IMG/VR virus record: IMGVR_UViG_3300045988_111917
Direction: 5' to 3' (one strand)
Origin: a virus
DNA: 32,509 bases
Shown here: positions 1-7,842 of the stretch, one piece after another
Layout: the number at the start of each line of letters is the position of its first letter
Position numbering within the stretch: position 1 is the stretch's first letter
The notes under the pieces: generated by a model
What the model was told of the DNA's origin: nothing
Database searches by the model: none
The model's input: the letters and a program-made list of their open reading frames with translations, nothing else
Position numbers and translations under genes: made by a program

Positions 1-55
1 CATAGGACGATTCTTCCGGCGAAGGCGATGGGGAAAAGCCTCATCAAGTCTGACG
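1..55. repeat. Terminal 55-nt overlap identical to 32455..32509 (circular closure of the contig)
   Basis: Exact 55/55 match of the first and last 55 nt. The ORF running off the right end re-enters in frame at nt 1. Confidence 0.95.
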
Positions 56-855
56 GTTCGCCAGACACTCAATACGACACGTCGTACAAGAATGTCACGT
101 GGAATACGGTCGCACGCAATCTCGTCGAACAGGCTATGAGCTGGCCAAACAGTCGGGTGCCTGTCGTGTTGGAGGCTGCTGAGGTCGGCACGTCGGAGGC
201 GAACTATCAGGCGGTCGATTTGAATTACGTCGGTGAGGTTTTGACGAACATCACGAACTATCAGAACGGTTGCGACATCGGCTTCTTCCCGACGCGCACG
301 GCTGACGGATTGGGTTATGAGTGGCATATGAAGACCGGTCATCCGCTGCTTGGCGGCGAAACCCACTATTTCAGCGCGTCCGCCTTGCAGCCGGGTATCG
401 CGTCCTTGTCGGCCACGGATGATGGTGACAAGCTCGCGTCGCTGCAATGGTTCACGTCCGGCAAATCGGACGATAAGACGCTCGTCGTGTCGGCCTACAC
501 GGACATTCTGGAAAAGGCGGGAGCGCCGATTTGGGAGAGCGTGGATTCGAGCCATTCGACGGTCAAATTGCAGAACACGCTTCAGGCGTATGCGAACGAG
601 GCTGCCGCCGTCTACTGGCAGCCGGTATCATCCACTGAGGCGAAAGTGCATCGCGGATACCTGCATTCTGTGAATCAGACGCTCGCCAACTATACGGTCG
701 GCGATTACATTCGATTCACTACGAAAGGCGACTGGTATTATGTGGATGGCGCGCATACGCGGCGCATCACCGGCATCAAAGCCGATGAAAGCTCGAATTG
801 GATTACGTTCACCCTTGGTGACGTGTTCGACGGTGTGAAAGTGACGGTGGAATAA
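1..855 (+). CDS. Tail-associated (Tal-like) minor tail protein, C-terminal part; same ORF as 32128..32509 (about 393 aa on the circle)
   Basis: Frame is open from nt 1 and in phase with GTG 32128 once the 55-nt overlap is removed. It is the third gene of the TMP-Dit-Tal series. Stop TAA 853-855. ORF-track entry 28..855 is only the part after an internal Met. Confidence 0.75.
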   Translation, partial: HRTILPAKAMGKSLIKSDGSPDTQYDTSYKNVTWNTVARNLVEQAMSWPNSRVPVVLEAAEVGTSEANYQAVDLNYVGEVLTNITNYQNGCDIGFFPTRTADGLGYEWHMKTGHPLLGGETHYFSASALQPGIASLSATDDGDKLASLQWFTSGKSDDKTLVVSAYTDILEKAGAPIWESVDSSHSTVKLQNTLQAYANEAAAVYWQPVSSTEAKVHRGYLHSVNQTLANYTVGDYIRFTTKGDWYYVDGAHTRRITGIKADESSNWITFTLGDVFDGVKVTVE

Positions 856-1607
856 TGGAAATCGTAGTACATCAGGGCGAGTCGGCGGACGGTACCCCCT
901 TGGCCGCCGCCGATACGGATGTGCTCGATGTGAAGAATCCGGCTCAGGCGACCAACAAGCTCGTAGCCACCCTGAACGAGTATGGTCGCCGGTTGCGCGA
1001 ATTGGAGAAGCCTTCCGGCTCGCAGTTGACTCAGGCGATTCAGAAAGTGTTGGACATCAGCGCGAACATCGATAATACGGTGGCCGCATCCATCAACAGA
1101 AATTCCTATGACCGTGCGACCATCGACCAGAAGTGCAATGCTTGGAATTGGGGCGTGCTATCCACCGGCCGTGGTGGCACGAATACGACGAACGCCTACA
1201 ATAACCTGTTCACGGTCGGCCCATGGCGTGCCGTGTGGGCGTTGTCTGACGGCACGATGGGCACGTCGCAGTCCAGCCGCAAGGTAAAGCAGGATTTCCT
1301 CAAGCCGGACATCACGTTGGAGCAGATGCGTTCCGTGGATTGGACGCTCTACCGTTTCATCGACGATGTGAACCGGAACGGCGATAGCGCGACAATCCAT
1401 GTCGGCATGATTGCCGAAGAGTTGGACGATAACGGTTTGGGGCAGTTCGTTGAGTATAATGATGACTACGAGCCTGTTGGCATCAACTATCCGATGCTGG
1501 GCGTTTGGGCGATACATGAAGCCCATCTCGCCCATGACCGTATCGACCGGCTTGAGGAACGTTTGAAAGCGTTGGAAGGAAAGATTGATAATGGCATTGA
1601 GGAATAG
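855..1607 (+). CDS. Tail fibre protein with C-terminal intramolecular-chaperone (Peptidase_S74-like) autoprocessing domain
   Basis: ATG 855 overlaps the upstream TAA (TAATG). The C-terminal half, SSRKVKQDF...IHVGMIAEEL...INYPMLGVWAIHEAHLAHDRIDRLEERLKALE, fits the S74 chaperone pattern: a Ser-x-Arg-x-Lys cleavage motif and a terminal coiled coil. Confidence 0.75.
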   Translation: MEIVVHQGESADGTPLAAADTDVLDVKNPAQATNKLVATLNEYGRRLRELEKPSGSQLTQAIQKVLDISANIDNTVAASINRNSYDRATIDQKCNAWNWGVLSTGRGGTNTTNAYNNLFTVGPWRAVWALSDGTMGTSQSSRKVKQDFLKPDITLEQMRSVDWTLYRFIDDVNRNGDSATIHVGMIAEELDDNGLGQFVEYNDDYEPVGINYPMLGVWAIHEAHLAHDRIDRLEERLKALEGKIDNGIEE

Positions 1608-2562
1608 TCTGTTCGCAGTGTCCGGCAAGGCGTCGTTCTTGGATGCGCGCCGCGACATGAGCGGCCTGTTCGTCTGCGACAAGACCACGATGCTGCCCAT
1701 CGCCGGTATTCTCGACCGTTCGCAGGATAACCTCGTGACGAGTCGCGGCGATTCTATGAGTGTGACGGTTCATCCGTTCAATGCGGTGCTGAACCGTTAC
1801 GGCGCGCTGCTTATCCAGAACGACGGAAACGTGAACGTGCCGCTGGCTGCGGCCCCGTCCGCTAATTCGCGTATCGACGTCGTGTATGTGAAGCAGAACG
1901 AGACGCGCTCGCCGATGTCGGATAGTTCGGATGTTCCGACGTTCGGCGTGGTGAATGGCGCGGCCGCCGCTGTGCCGGTCGCGCCGGCTGTTCCGGATGG
2001 CGCTTTGGCTTTGGCGCAGGTGCTGCTTCCTGCTGGCGTGTCGAATACGGCCGCAGCTGGCGTGGTCATCACACAGTCGTATATCGGTGCCGCGATGAAG
2101 GGCGGCATGCTGAGAGTGCAGACTTCCGCCCAGCGTAACGCTCTGACCGGCGTGCCAGACGGTACGCTGCTGCATAACGTGGGCGACGGTAACGATTATG
2201 TCAGAAAAGGCGATAAGTGGCTGTTCGAAGGACCCTTCACGGAGAACAACCTTATCGACAAGAACACTAATGGCTGGAACATCGTACAAATTCGCGGCAC
2301 CGTCCACGATGGCATTGCGAACGGGTTCTTCTGGATGAATCGTGCTGGCGATTGGCTTGACGGCAAGGCTTGGGATAGCAGTAAAGTCATAAGGCTTCCA
2401 GACTATCTGAAAATGGTGCCCATAGACAATCACTTCCCGACATCGGTTAGTGGCGTGCTGTTGCAAATCATCAATAATGAAATTAATATACGATTAACCG
2501 CATCTCACCAATTCCGTAAAAACGATTGGCTTTCCGGCAGTTTCTCATGTCAGCTGGCGTAA
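1591..2562 (+). CDS. Minor tail protein / putative receptor-binding protein
   Basis: ATG 1591 is preceded by GGAAGGA (alternative TTG 1585). 323 aa. Last structural gene before the lysis cassette. The C-terminal ~110 aa lie in a lower-GC segment. Confidence 0.6.
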   Translation: MALRNSLFAVSGKASFLDARRDMSGLFVCDKTTMLPIAGILDRSQDNLVTSRGDSMSVTVHPFNAVLNRYGALLIQNDGNVNVPLAAAPSANSRIDVVYVKQNETRSPMSDSSDVPTFGVVNGAAAAVPVAPAVPDGALALAQVLLPAGVSNTAAAGVVITQSYIGAAMKGGMLRVQTSAQRNALTGVPDGTLLHNVGDGNDYVRKGDKWLFEGPFTENNLIDKNTNGWNIVQIRGTVHDGIANGFFWMNRAGDWLDGKAWDSSKVIRLPDYLKMVPIDNHFPTSVSGVLLQIINNEINIRLTASHQFRKNDWLSGSFSCQLA

Positions 2563-2573
2563 CCACTGGTTTT

Positions 2574-2602
2574 CTGACACAATCGCAACTATCGGCTAGA
2601 AT
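2574..2602 (+). promoter_or_regulatory. Promoter of the lysis cassette, predicted leaderless transcript
   Basis: CTGACA (2574-2579), 17-nt spacer, TAGAAT (2597-2602). Expected TSS is about 2609-2610, i.e. at ATG 2611, which has no Shine-Dalgarno. Confidence 0.5.
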
Positions 2603-2610
2603 AGTGCCAT

Positions 2611-2994
2611 ATGAGCACTGACATCATCGTCGCCCTAGTGACCGGATTATGCGCCATCGTGGTCGCAGCGGTCACTTGGGCGCAAAACAGACGCGGCGAC
2701 CTGAGCGAAGCCTACAGGCGACTCTCGGAAGCCCAATTGAACATGCAGCGGGAAATCGACCGGCAGGACGAAAAACTGGCCGAATTCATTCAGGAACGCG
2801 ACCAGCTCCGCTATCAGGACGATTTGAAAACCTCCTACATTCGGGCGATGGGACATTGGCTGGGCGAACTCTGCAACGTTCTCGACCCCGAGTTCCTGAA
2901 GCAGTATCCGAAACCAAGGCTTCCAGACGGGCTGAGGAGTACAATAGAACCGTTGGAAAACGACAACAGTAAGGAGCAGAATATTGTTCACTAG
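2611..2994 (+). CDS. Membrane-anchored coiled-coil protein, first gene of the lysis cassette (function unknown)
   Basis: N-terminal hydrophobic helix IIVALVTGLCAIVVAAVTWA followed by a charged helical region. Overlaps the holin start by 11 nt. Confidence 0.6.
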   Translation: MSTDIIVALVTGLCAIVVAAVTWAQNRRGDLSEAYRRLSEAQLNMQREIDRQDEKLAEFIQERDQLRYQDDLKTSYIRAMGHWLGELCNVLDPEFLKQYPKPRLPDGLRSTIEPLENDNSKEQNIVH

Positions 2995-3265
2995 GGATTT
3001 TTGGGTTGACACGTTAGAGCGTGCGATCCGCACCGCATGTCAGGCGGCATTGTCGGCTGGCGTGGTTGGCGGCGTCGGCCTGTTCCAGGTCGATTGGCTG
3101 AACGTCTGCGGTATCGCCTTGGTCGCGGCCATCGCCAGCGTGCTGACGTGCGTGGCGTCCTCCGGCAAGACGGATGCCATCAGTCCGGCTTCGCTCGCCA
3201 CTCCATCCAAGAGTCTGGTAACGGGCAGGCATATTGCAGGCAATGAAACGGAGGTTTCTGAATGA
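2984..3265 (+). CDS. Holin (phage r1t-holin-like family)
   Basis: FWVDTLERAIRTACQAALSAGVVGG...VDWLNVCGIALVAAIASVLTCVASSG follows the r1t-type pattern (ERAIKT.AQA ... VDW ... S.LTS.AS). Lies immediately upstream of, and overlapping, the endolysin (ATGA). Confidence 0.85.
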   Translation: MFTRDFWVDTLERAIRTACQAALSAGVVGGVGLFQVDWLNVCGIALVAAIASVLTCVASSGKTDAISPASLATPSKSLVTGRHIAGNETEVSE

Positions 3266-4188
3266 GGTTTGTGGATATCAGCAATTGGAAGGCTGACGTT
3301 GACGTTTCCGAGATTGACGCCGATGGTGTGGTGGTTCAGTGCACTTGGGGTGCTGGCGAACTAACGACGGACAACGGTTTGGTCGAGTCCGTGTGGACTG
3401 GTGCGGATGCGAAGATTCAGGCCGCTGCCAAGCGTGGCATGGCGGTCGGATACATGCATTACATTCGTGGCGTGGGCGCTTCGGAGGAAGCGTATTTCTT
3501 CGCCGGAAACACCAAGGGTTATCTTGGCAAGTTCGTGCCGTGCGTTGACTGGGAGGCGGACGATAACGCCGCTTGGGGCAATCGGGCCTATTTGGATGAA
3601 TTTCTCTGCCAGTATATTCGACTGACCGGCGTGAAACCGCTCGTGTACGCGCAGCGTTCCGAAATCCCGTTCATCAAGGACATCTGCGTCAAGCATGATT
3701 GTGGCATTTGGGAGGCGTGTTACGCTTCCATGGATGCGGTCGGCTGGCAGGATGCCGATTCGATTTGGTCGTATGTGGCGTATCCGATGCGCCAGTACAC
3801 GTCCAACGGTCATATCGGCGGTTATGCTGGTTCGCTTGATTTGAACTATTTCGCTGGCGACAAGGCCGCTTGGGACAAGTATGCTGGCGTTGGTGCGAAC
3901 ACTCCGGCGAATCCAGCTCCGGCGCCGGTGGTTTCCCCTGCTCCGACCGTGGTTGCCACCACGTATGAGGTTGCGGTCGATGCGTTGAACGTTCGTACCG
4001 AACCGTCTCTGAAAGGGCAGGTTGTCGCCAGTTACGACCACGGCCAGAAGGTCGTGTTGGATGGTTGGGGCGCTTATGCTGACGGCTTCCTGTGGGGTCG
4101 TTATATTGGTGCTTCTTCGGGCGAGCCGAGGTATGTCGCCATCGGCACTGATTCCGGCAGTAAGTGGTATTTGACAATGTGTCGTTAG
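3262..4188 (+). CDS. Endolysin: GH25-type muramidase with Pro/Ala linker and C-terminal SH3b-like wall-binding domain
   Basis: N-terminus VDISNWK..VD.SEIDADGVVVQCT.G...GYMHY resembles GH25. Linker NTPANPAPAPVVSPAPTV. C-terminus YEVAVDALNVRTEPSLKGQVVASYDHGQKVVLDGW resembles SH3b. Confidence 0.85.
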   Translation: MRFVDISNWKADVDVSEIDADGVVVQCTWGAGELTTDNGLVESVWTGADAKIQAAAKRGMAVGYMHYIRGVGASEEAYFFAGNTKGYLGKFVPCVDWEADDNAAWGNRAYLDEFLCQYIRLTGVKPLVYAQRSEIPFIKDICVKHDCGIWEACYASMDAVGWQDADSIWSYVAYPMRQYTSNGHIGGYAGSLDLNYFAGDKAAWDKYAGVGANTPANPAPAPVVSPAPTVVATTYEVAVDALNVRTEPSLKGQVVASYDHGQKVVLDGWGAYADGFLWGRYIGASSGEPRYVAIGTDSGSKWYLTMCR

Positions 4189-4199
4189 TCTGATACAAT

Positions 4200-4240
4200 G
4201 AGGGCTGTTGGAAGTTTTTCCAGCAGCCCTCCTTTGGTTT
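4200..4240 (+). terminator. Rho-independent terminator after the endolysin gene
   Basis: GAGGGCTGTTGGAA (4200-4213) / TTCCAGCAGCCCTC (4218-4231), 4-nt loop, then CTTTGGTTTCT. Confidence 0.7.
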
Positions 4241-4246
4241 CTCCCC

Positions 4247-4273
4247 AGCCCCCGCACGGTTCATGCGGGGGCT
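4247..4273. terminator. Second GC-rich hairpin at the convergence point of the two arms (possible bidirectional terminator)
   Basis: AGCCCCCGCA (4247-4256) / TGCGGGGGCT (4264-4273), 7-nt loop. TCTCTTTA follows on the + strand. On the - strand it lies 6 nt after the stop of the last leftward gene. Confidence 0.55.
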
Positions 4274-4278
4274 TCTCT

Positions 4279-4434
4279 TTACTTATACAGCCACACGCAG
4301 GCTATCATCGCCATGACGGCGATAGCCACATATGCGATGAAGATGCGGTCGCTCCATGCGTCGCAAACCATCATGATGGCCGCGACGAGTCCAAGCAGGA
4401 TGGTGGTGCAGATGATGAGTTTCAGGATTTCCAT
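4279..4434 (-). CDS. Small membrane protein (51 aa)
   Basis: Hand translation gives MEILKLIICTTILLGLVAAIMMVCDAWSDRIFIAYVAIAVMAMIACVWLYK, two hydrophobic helices. Below the ORF-track size cutoff. Weak SD. Last gene of the leftward arm. Confidence 0.5.
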   Translation of the reverse strand: MEILKLIICTTILLGLVAAIMMVCDAWSDRIFIAYVAIAVMAMIACVWLYK

Positions 4435-4458
4435 ATCAGAACTTCTCGCTTTTCTTGC

Positions 4459-4593
4459 TCAATCGCCACCGCGCAGCCTCCAACATTTCGTACAGTATCC
4501 GTTGAACAGGAACATTTCTTTCGTGGTGAGTTTTTTTAGGCAATGCTTGCATAGCGTCGGGTCGAGGTGGGCTAGTCCTCTAATAACACTCAT
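4459..4593 (-). CDS. Small CxxC...CxxC zinc-ribbon protein (44 aa)
   Basis: Hand translation gives MSVIRGLAHLDPTLCKHCLKKLTTKEMFLFNGYCTKCWRLRGGD. TGGAG lies 7 nt upstream of the ATG. The start overlaps the upstream gene end by 14 nt. Confidence 0.5.
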   Translation of the reverse strand: MSVIRGLAHLDPTLCKHCLKKLTTKEMFLFNGYCTKCWRLRGGD

Positions 4594-4738
4594 CGGGATA
4601 CTCCAATCCTTCCTGTCCGTCTTCGTCCGTCAACGCCGAATCGATTTCCTGCTTGCAGGTTTCGCACAGCATTTCGGGATACCATTCCTCTAATGTCATG
4701 TCTCGACCACAGTCGAGGCATTGTTTGGGTGATTCCAT
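4580..4738 (-). CDS. Small zinc-ribbon protein with acidic tail (52 aa)
   Basis: MESPKQCLDCGRDMTLEEWYPEMLCETCKQEIDSALTDEDGQEGLEYPDECY. GGAGGTG SD lies inside the dcd 3' end. ATG 4738 is 1 nt after the dcd stop. The longer ORF-track start (4798) would overlap dcd. Confidence 0.6.
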   Translation of the reverse strand: MESPKQCLDCGRDMTLEEWYPEMLCETCKQEIDSALTDEDGQEGLEYPDECY

Positions 4739-4739
4739 A

Positions 4740-5279
4740 TCACACCTCCACCGCTGGCTGCGGAGCCTTCTGATGCTGATAGTGGCCGACCATGCCATAG
4801 GGTTTCATCGAGGCGGCGTTCAAGTATTCGAACGACACCTGTCCGATTCGCATGCCGGGCGTCAGCATGATGGGGAAACTGTTCTCGTTCTTCAGTTCGA
4901 CGGTGATGGTTCCGATGAATCCGGCGTCGATAAATCCTGCGGTAACGTGCGTGCAGAGTCCGAGTCGGCCAAGGCTGCTTTTTCCGTCGAACCGTGCCAT
5001 CATGTTGTCCGGGAGGCTGATTTTCTCTACGGTGGCGCCTAGGGCGAACTGTCCGGGCTGTAGCATGTAATGTCCGTCGATTCTGACGGTTTCGATGTGG
5101 ACGCCGTGCAGCGTGTGGTCGCCGCCGTCCGCGTAACCATCTTTCGTATCCATGGTGTAGATGGCGATGGTGTCCTGCAAGGTCACGTCATACGAGTTGG
5201 GGTTCAACTGTTTTTCCGTGTATGGCAGGATGAGGTCATGATGGTCCACGCACTGTTCGATGGTGATGTCGTTCAGCAT
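4740..5279 (-). CDS. dcd: dCTP deaminase / dUTPase-superfamily enzyme
   Basis: GKSSLGRLGLCTHVTAGFIDAGFIGTITVELKN...PGMRIGQVSF is the classic Dcd/Dut trimeric-fold motif set. ATG 5279 is preceded by AAGGAG. Confidence 0.85.
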   Translation of the reverse strand: MLNDITIEQCVDHHDLILPYTEKQLNPNSYDVTLQDTIAIYTMDTKDGYADGGDHTLHGVHIETVRIDGHYMLQPGQFALGATVEKISLPDNMMARFDGKSSLGRLGLCTHVTAGFIDAGFIGTITVELKNENSFPIMLTPGMRIGQVSFEYLNAASMKPYGMVGHYQHQKAPQPAVEV

Positions 5280-5290
5280 TTTCTTTCTCC

Positions 5291-5671
5291 TTACTTGTCG
5301 CAAAGGCGCTGCAACAGTTCCTTGTCGCTTATCGGTTTGATTTCATACAGGTACATTGCGCATGCGGATGGGTTTTCCATCTTCGCTTCGGCTGGGAACC
5401 GTTCTTTGAGTTCCTGCACTGTCATGTCGGTCAGCTTGGCGAACATGCTCCATGTCCAAGGGCTGGCCTCATAGTCGCCGAACTGGGTTTCCGAGAGGAT
5501 GATGGCGTTGCCGACGTGTACTCCGGTGGGGGCGTCGGAGAATACGAAGGCCACAGTCTCGTATGGCGATTGGGTTTCGCGGAGAATGAAGCTTGTCTCA
5601 CCGGATTCTATCTTCCGCCACTCCTCGCGACCTACTGTTAGTCGCGTCACATTGCGGTTGTCACTAGTCAT
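5291..5671 (-). CDS. Hypothetical protein (weak ASCH/PUA-like resemblance)
   Basis: 126 aa with SD GGAAAGGAAG. N-terminal LTVGREEWRKIESGETSFILRE is reminiscent of ASCH domains, but the match is weak. Confidence 0.55.
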   Translation of the reverse strand: MTSDNRNVTRLTVGREEWRKIESGETSFILRETQSPYETVAFVFSDAPTGVHVGNAIILSETQFGDYEASPWTWSMFAKLTDMTVQELKERFPAEAKMENPSACAMYLYEIKPISDKELLQRLCDK

Positions 5672-6107
5672 TGTTCTTCCTTTCCTGCATGAACGCGAGC
5701 GCCATTGCGAGGTAGGCGATGGCGTCTATGTATGAGTCTTCCCTGTTGTGGTCGTATTTGATGCGTTCGATTTTCAGTTCGGCCATCATGATTGCGACGT
5801 CAACTTCCGCATCGTCGCAGTCGAACCATCGTTTGGAAATGTTCTGGAACATGATGCGCGGATTGCCGTATTCTTCGGCCTTCTCCCCGTTGAGCATGTC
5901 ATTCACACGGACGAGGTTGTCGGCGATGCGCGTGTAGATGCTTGGCTCAATGTTTTCGAGCGTGTTTTCCACGGTCGGCGGCTCCGGCGGGTCGAGGATT
6001 ATGTCGCTCGGGCCTTTCGATCCGTGATTGTTGGCCGCTTTGGTGGGAATCGCCTTGTTCACGTCTTCCATCACCTCATCCCAATTGTTTTTCCTTGATG
6101 ATGTCAT
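5664..6107 (-). CDS. All-alpha MazG-like / DUF6378-like nucleotide pyrophosphohydrolase-family protein
   Basis: EEYGNPRIMFQNISKRWF....VDVAIMMAELKIERIKYDHNREDSYIDAIAYLAMAL follows the YG.P..F..I...W...M...K..R....h.eDS..D..(g)Y pattern of small phage MazG-like proteins. SD GGAAGGAAAA. Alternative ATG at 6071. Confidence 0.55.
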   Translation of the reverse strand: MTSSRKNNWDEVMEDVNKAIPTKAANNHGSKGPSDIILDPPEPPTVENTLENIEPSIYTRIADNLVRVNDMLNGEKAEEYGNPRIMFQNISKRWFDCDDAEVDVAIMMAELKIERIKYDHNREDSYIDAIAYLAMALAFMQERKNND

Positions 6108-7329
6108 CGAGTGTTTTCCTTCCTTCTATCACGTCCATGACTTTGCGGTTCCATGGCGTGTCCGGCACGAGTATGCGCTGCCGTCCCTGATAGGGACTGC
6201 CGCGTCGTACCAGTCTCCTGTTGGCCTGCTCCCAGTCGGCGTATGTCCATGGGAGGTCGAGCCATATCTGGTCTTTCATGAGACGTTGCAGGCCGTCCAC
6301 GCCGGTGCCCATGGATTGCGGGTTGGCGACTATGAGCCGGTACTTTCCTTGTTCTTGAGCGTCCATGGCGAAGAATGTCTTCGCATCGGTGCATGGCGCC
6401 CAAGTACGGTAGATTTCGTCTCTTACCGCTTTGAACCGCGTCCATACGAGCAGTGGTGTCTGGTCTTCGCGTCTCTTGGCTTCACTGTATACTGTTTCGA
6501 GTTTGGACACGCCGAACCAGTAGGATTCTCCACGGTCTTCGGTCTTGTAGGCGAAGCCATCGTCGAGTTGGGCGAGTTTGACCGCCGCGGCGCTCGCGCT
6601 TGCCGCGTACACGTCTTCGGCCAATTGGTGGGTGTTCGCCCACTGTTCCAGCGCCATGTCCTCCTGTTCGGTTTTCGGCGATGGGAGCCATTCGACTTGC
6701 GGCAGCGGGTTGCCGCCGCGTCGGATGTCCAATACGAGCTTCTGCAGTTGTCGGCACGCTTCCTCTACCATGGGCTGTGAATACGTGTATTTGACCACTG
6801 TACGCCCTTGCACGCTCATCGTATATGGTTTACCGTATCGCATCCTAAAAGCCCCTAGAGTGCGCCAAGAATCGCCTAACAGGTCTATCCTGTCCTTGGC
6901 GTGCGGATACATGACCACAGTCTGCCCGTACAGGTCTTCCAAATCCTTCGGAGCGGGCGTGCCGGTCAACATCAGCACGTCCTTGGCAAGGTCGCTGATG
7001 TCCTTCACGACTTTGGCACGTCCGCTCCTAGGATTCTTCACCATATGGCTTTCATCCACGATGAGACTGAAACCGTCCGGCACTTCGCCCAGCTTTGCGG
7101 CCATGTTGTAGGACACCACGAGGAAACGATAGTCTTCCGACCAGCCATGCTTCCGGTAGTCTTCGATGGTCAACGCCTTGCCGCGTGACCATTGGTCGAT
7201 TTGCGGCAACCACGCGGTCTTCACGACGCTTGCCGGACAGATGACGAGGATATGCTCTGCGTCGTCCAGCAAGTCCATGCTGCGTTTCGTCTTGCCTGTT
7301 CCGGCCTCGTCGAAAATGAAAGCCCTCAC
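6076..7329 (-). CDS. SNF2-family (SF2) DNA helicase/translocase
   Basis: Motif I DEAGTGKT, motif II IVDESHMVKN, LTGTP, and C-terminal QSMGTGVDGLQ...RRLVRRGS. GTG 7329 has a strong GGAAGGAG SD and overlaps the upstream stop (GTGA). The ORF-track ATG 7359 has no SD. Confidence 0.85.
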   Translation of the reverse strand: MRAFIFDEAGTGKTKRSMDLLDDAEHILVICPASVVKTAWLPQIDQWSRGKALTIEDYRKHGWSEDYRFLVVSYNMAAKLGEVPDGFSLIVDESHMVKNPRSGRAKVVKDISDLAKDVLMLTGTPAPKDLEDLYGQTVVMYPHAKDRIDLLGDSWRTLGAFRMRYGKPYTMSVQGRTVVKYTYSQPMVEEACRQLQKLVLDIRRGGNPLPQVEWLPSPKTEQEDMALEQWANTHQLAEDVYAASASAAAVKLAQLDDGFAYKTEDRGESYWFGVSKLETVYSEAKRREDQTPLLVWTRFKAVRDEIYRTWAPCTDAKTFFAMDAQEQGKYRLIVANPQSMGTGVDGLQRLMKDQIWLDLPWTYADWEQANRRLVRRGSPYQGRQRILVPDTPWNRKVMDVIEGRKTLDDIIKEKQLG

Positions 7330-7709
7330 CGAGTCTCCTTCCCATGCTCGGCTTCCCATGCCGCTATGCGCTCGCGTCCTTCCGGCGTTTTACGCCATCT
7401 GCGCCAAGTCTGATAGCAGACACCATGTTCAGCCTTGAATTTCTCCTGCCATCTGCGGCATGCGTCCCGGCTTTCCTTACGATGCTGTTTACGGTATCGC
7501 ACCCAATAGTCGAGCATTTTCTCGTGGTTCTCGTTAACCCACTTCTTTTGCAGCTTCCGCTTATGCTCCGCCTTTTCGGGTGTCATGTCGGCATAGCGGG
7601 TGACGGTCTTCTTTTTTCTGGCGGGCGGCATCGGCTTGGGCTGGCGCATCTCCTCGATGTCAGCCCAAGCCTCGCCGTCAAGCCATTCGGATACGCTACT
7701 CTTCATCAT
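7326..7709 (-). CDS. Basic Trp/Arg-rich hypothetical protein
   Basis: MMKSSVSEWLDGEAW...RRWQEKFKAEHGVCYQTWRRWRKTPEG. The start overlaps the end of the small TM gene. The upstream part of ORF 7326..7787 is better explained by that TM gene. Confidence 0.55.
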   Translation of the reverse strand: MMKSSVSEWLDGEAWADIEEMRQPKPMPPARKKKTVTRYADMTPEKAEHKRKLQKKWVNENHEKMLDYWVRYRKQHRKESRDACRRWQEKFKAEHGVCYQTWRRWRKTPEGRERIAAWEAEHGKETR

Positions 7710-7842
7710 GTCCACCGGAATGGTTGATGAGGTCGATGATGCCTTTGACCATACCGATGAGGATAAGGATGGCCGCCGTGGTTCCAAGCACGGACAGGAG
7801 GATGGCGAGCATGTACAGGCAGTTCATCATCAGTTCACGCAT
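7696..7842 (-). CDS. Small membrane protein (48 aa)
   Basis: Hand translation gives MRELMMNCLYMLAILLSVLGTTAAILILIGMVKGIIDLINHSGGHDEE. SD GAAGGAGAAG. The start overlaps the exonuclease stop by 8 nt. Confidence 0.6.
   Translation of the reverse strand: MRELMMNCLYMLAILLSVLGTTAAILILIGMVKGIIDLINHSGGHDEE

Noticed and set aside
1-55. Biological direct terminal repeat (DTR) of the virion DNA
   Set aside because: It is only 55 nt, lies in the middle of an ORF that stays in frame across it, and equals a common assembler k-mer length. It is best explained as circular-assembly overlap.
855-2562. Diversity-generating retroelement or invertase shufflon acting on the fibre/RBP genes
   Set aside because: No reverse transcriptase or Rin/Hin-type invertase ORF exists anywhere in the circle. 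I saw no template-like second copy or inverted crossover repeats of the RBP 3' end.
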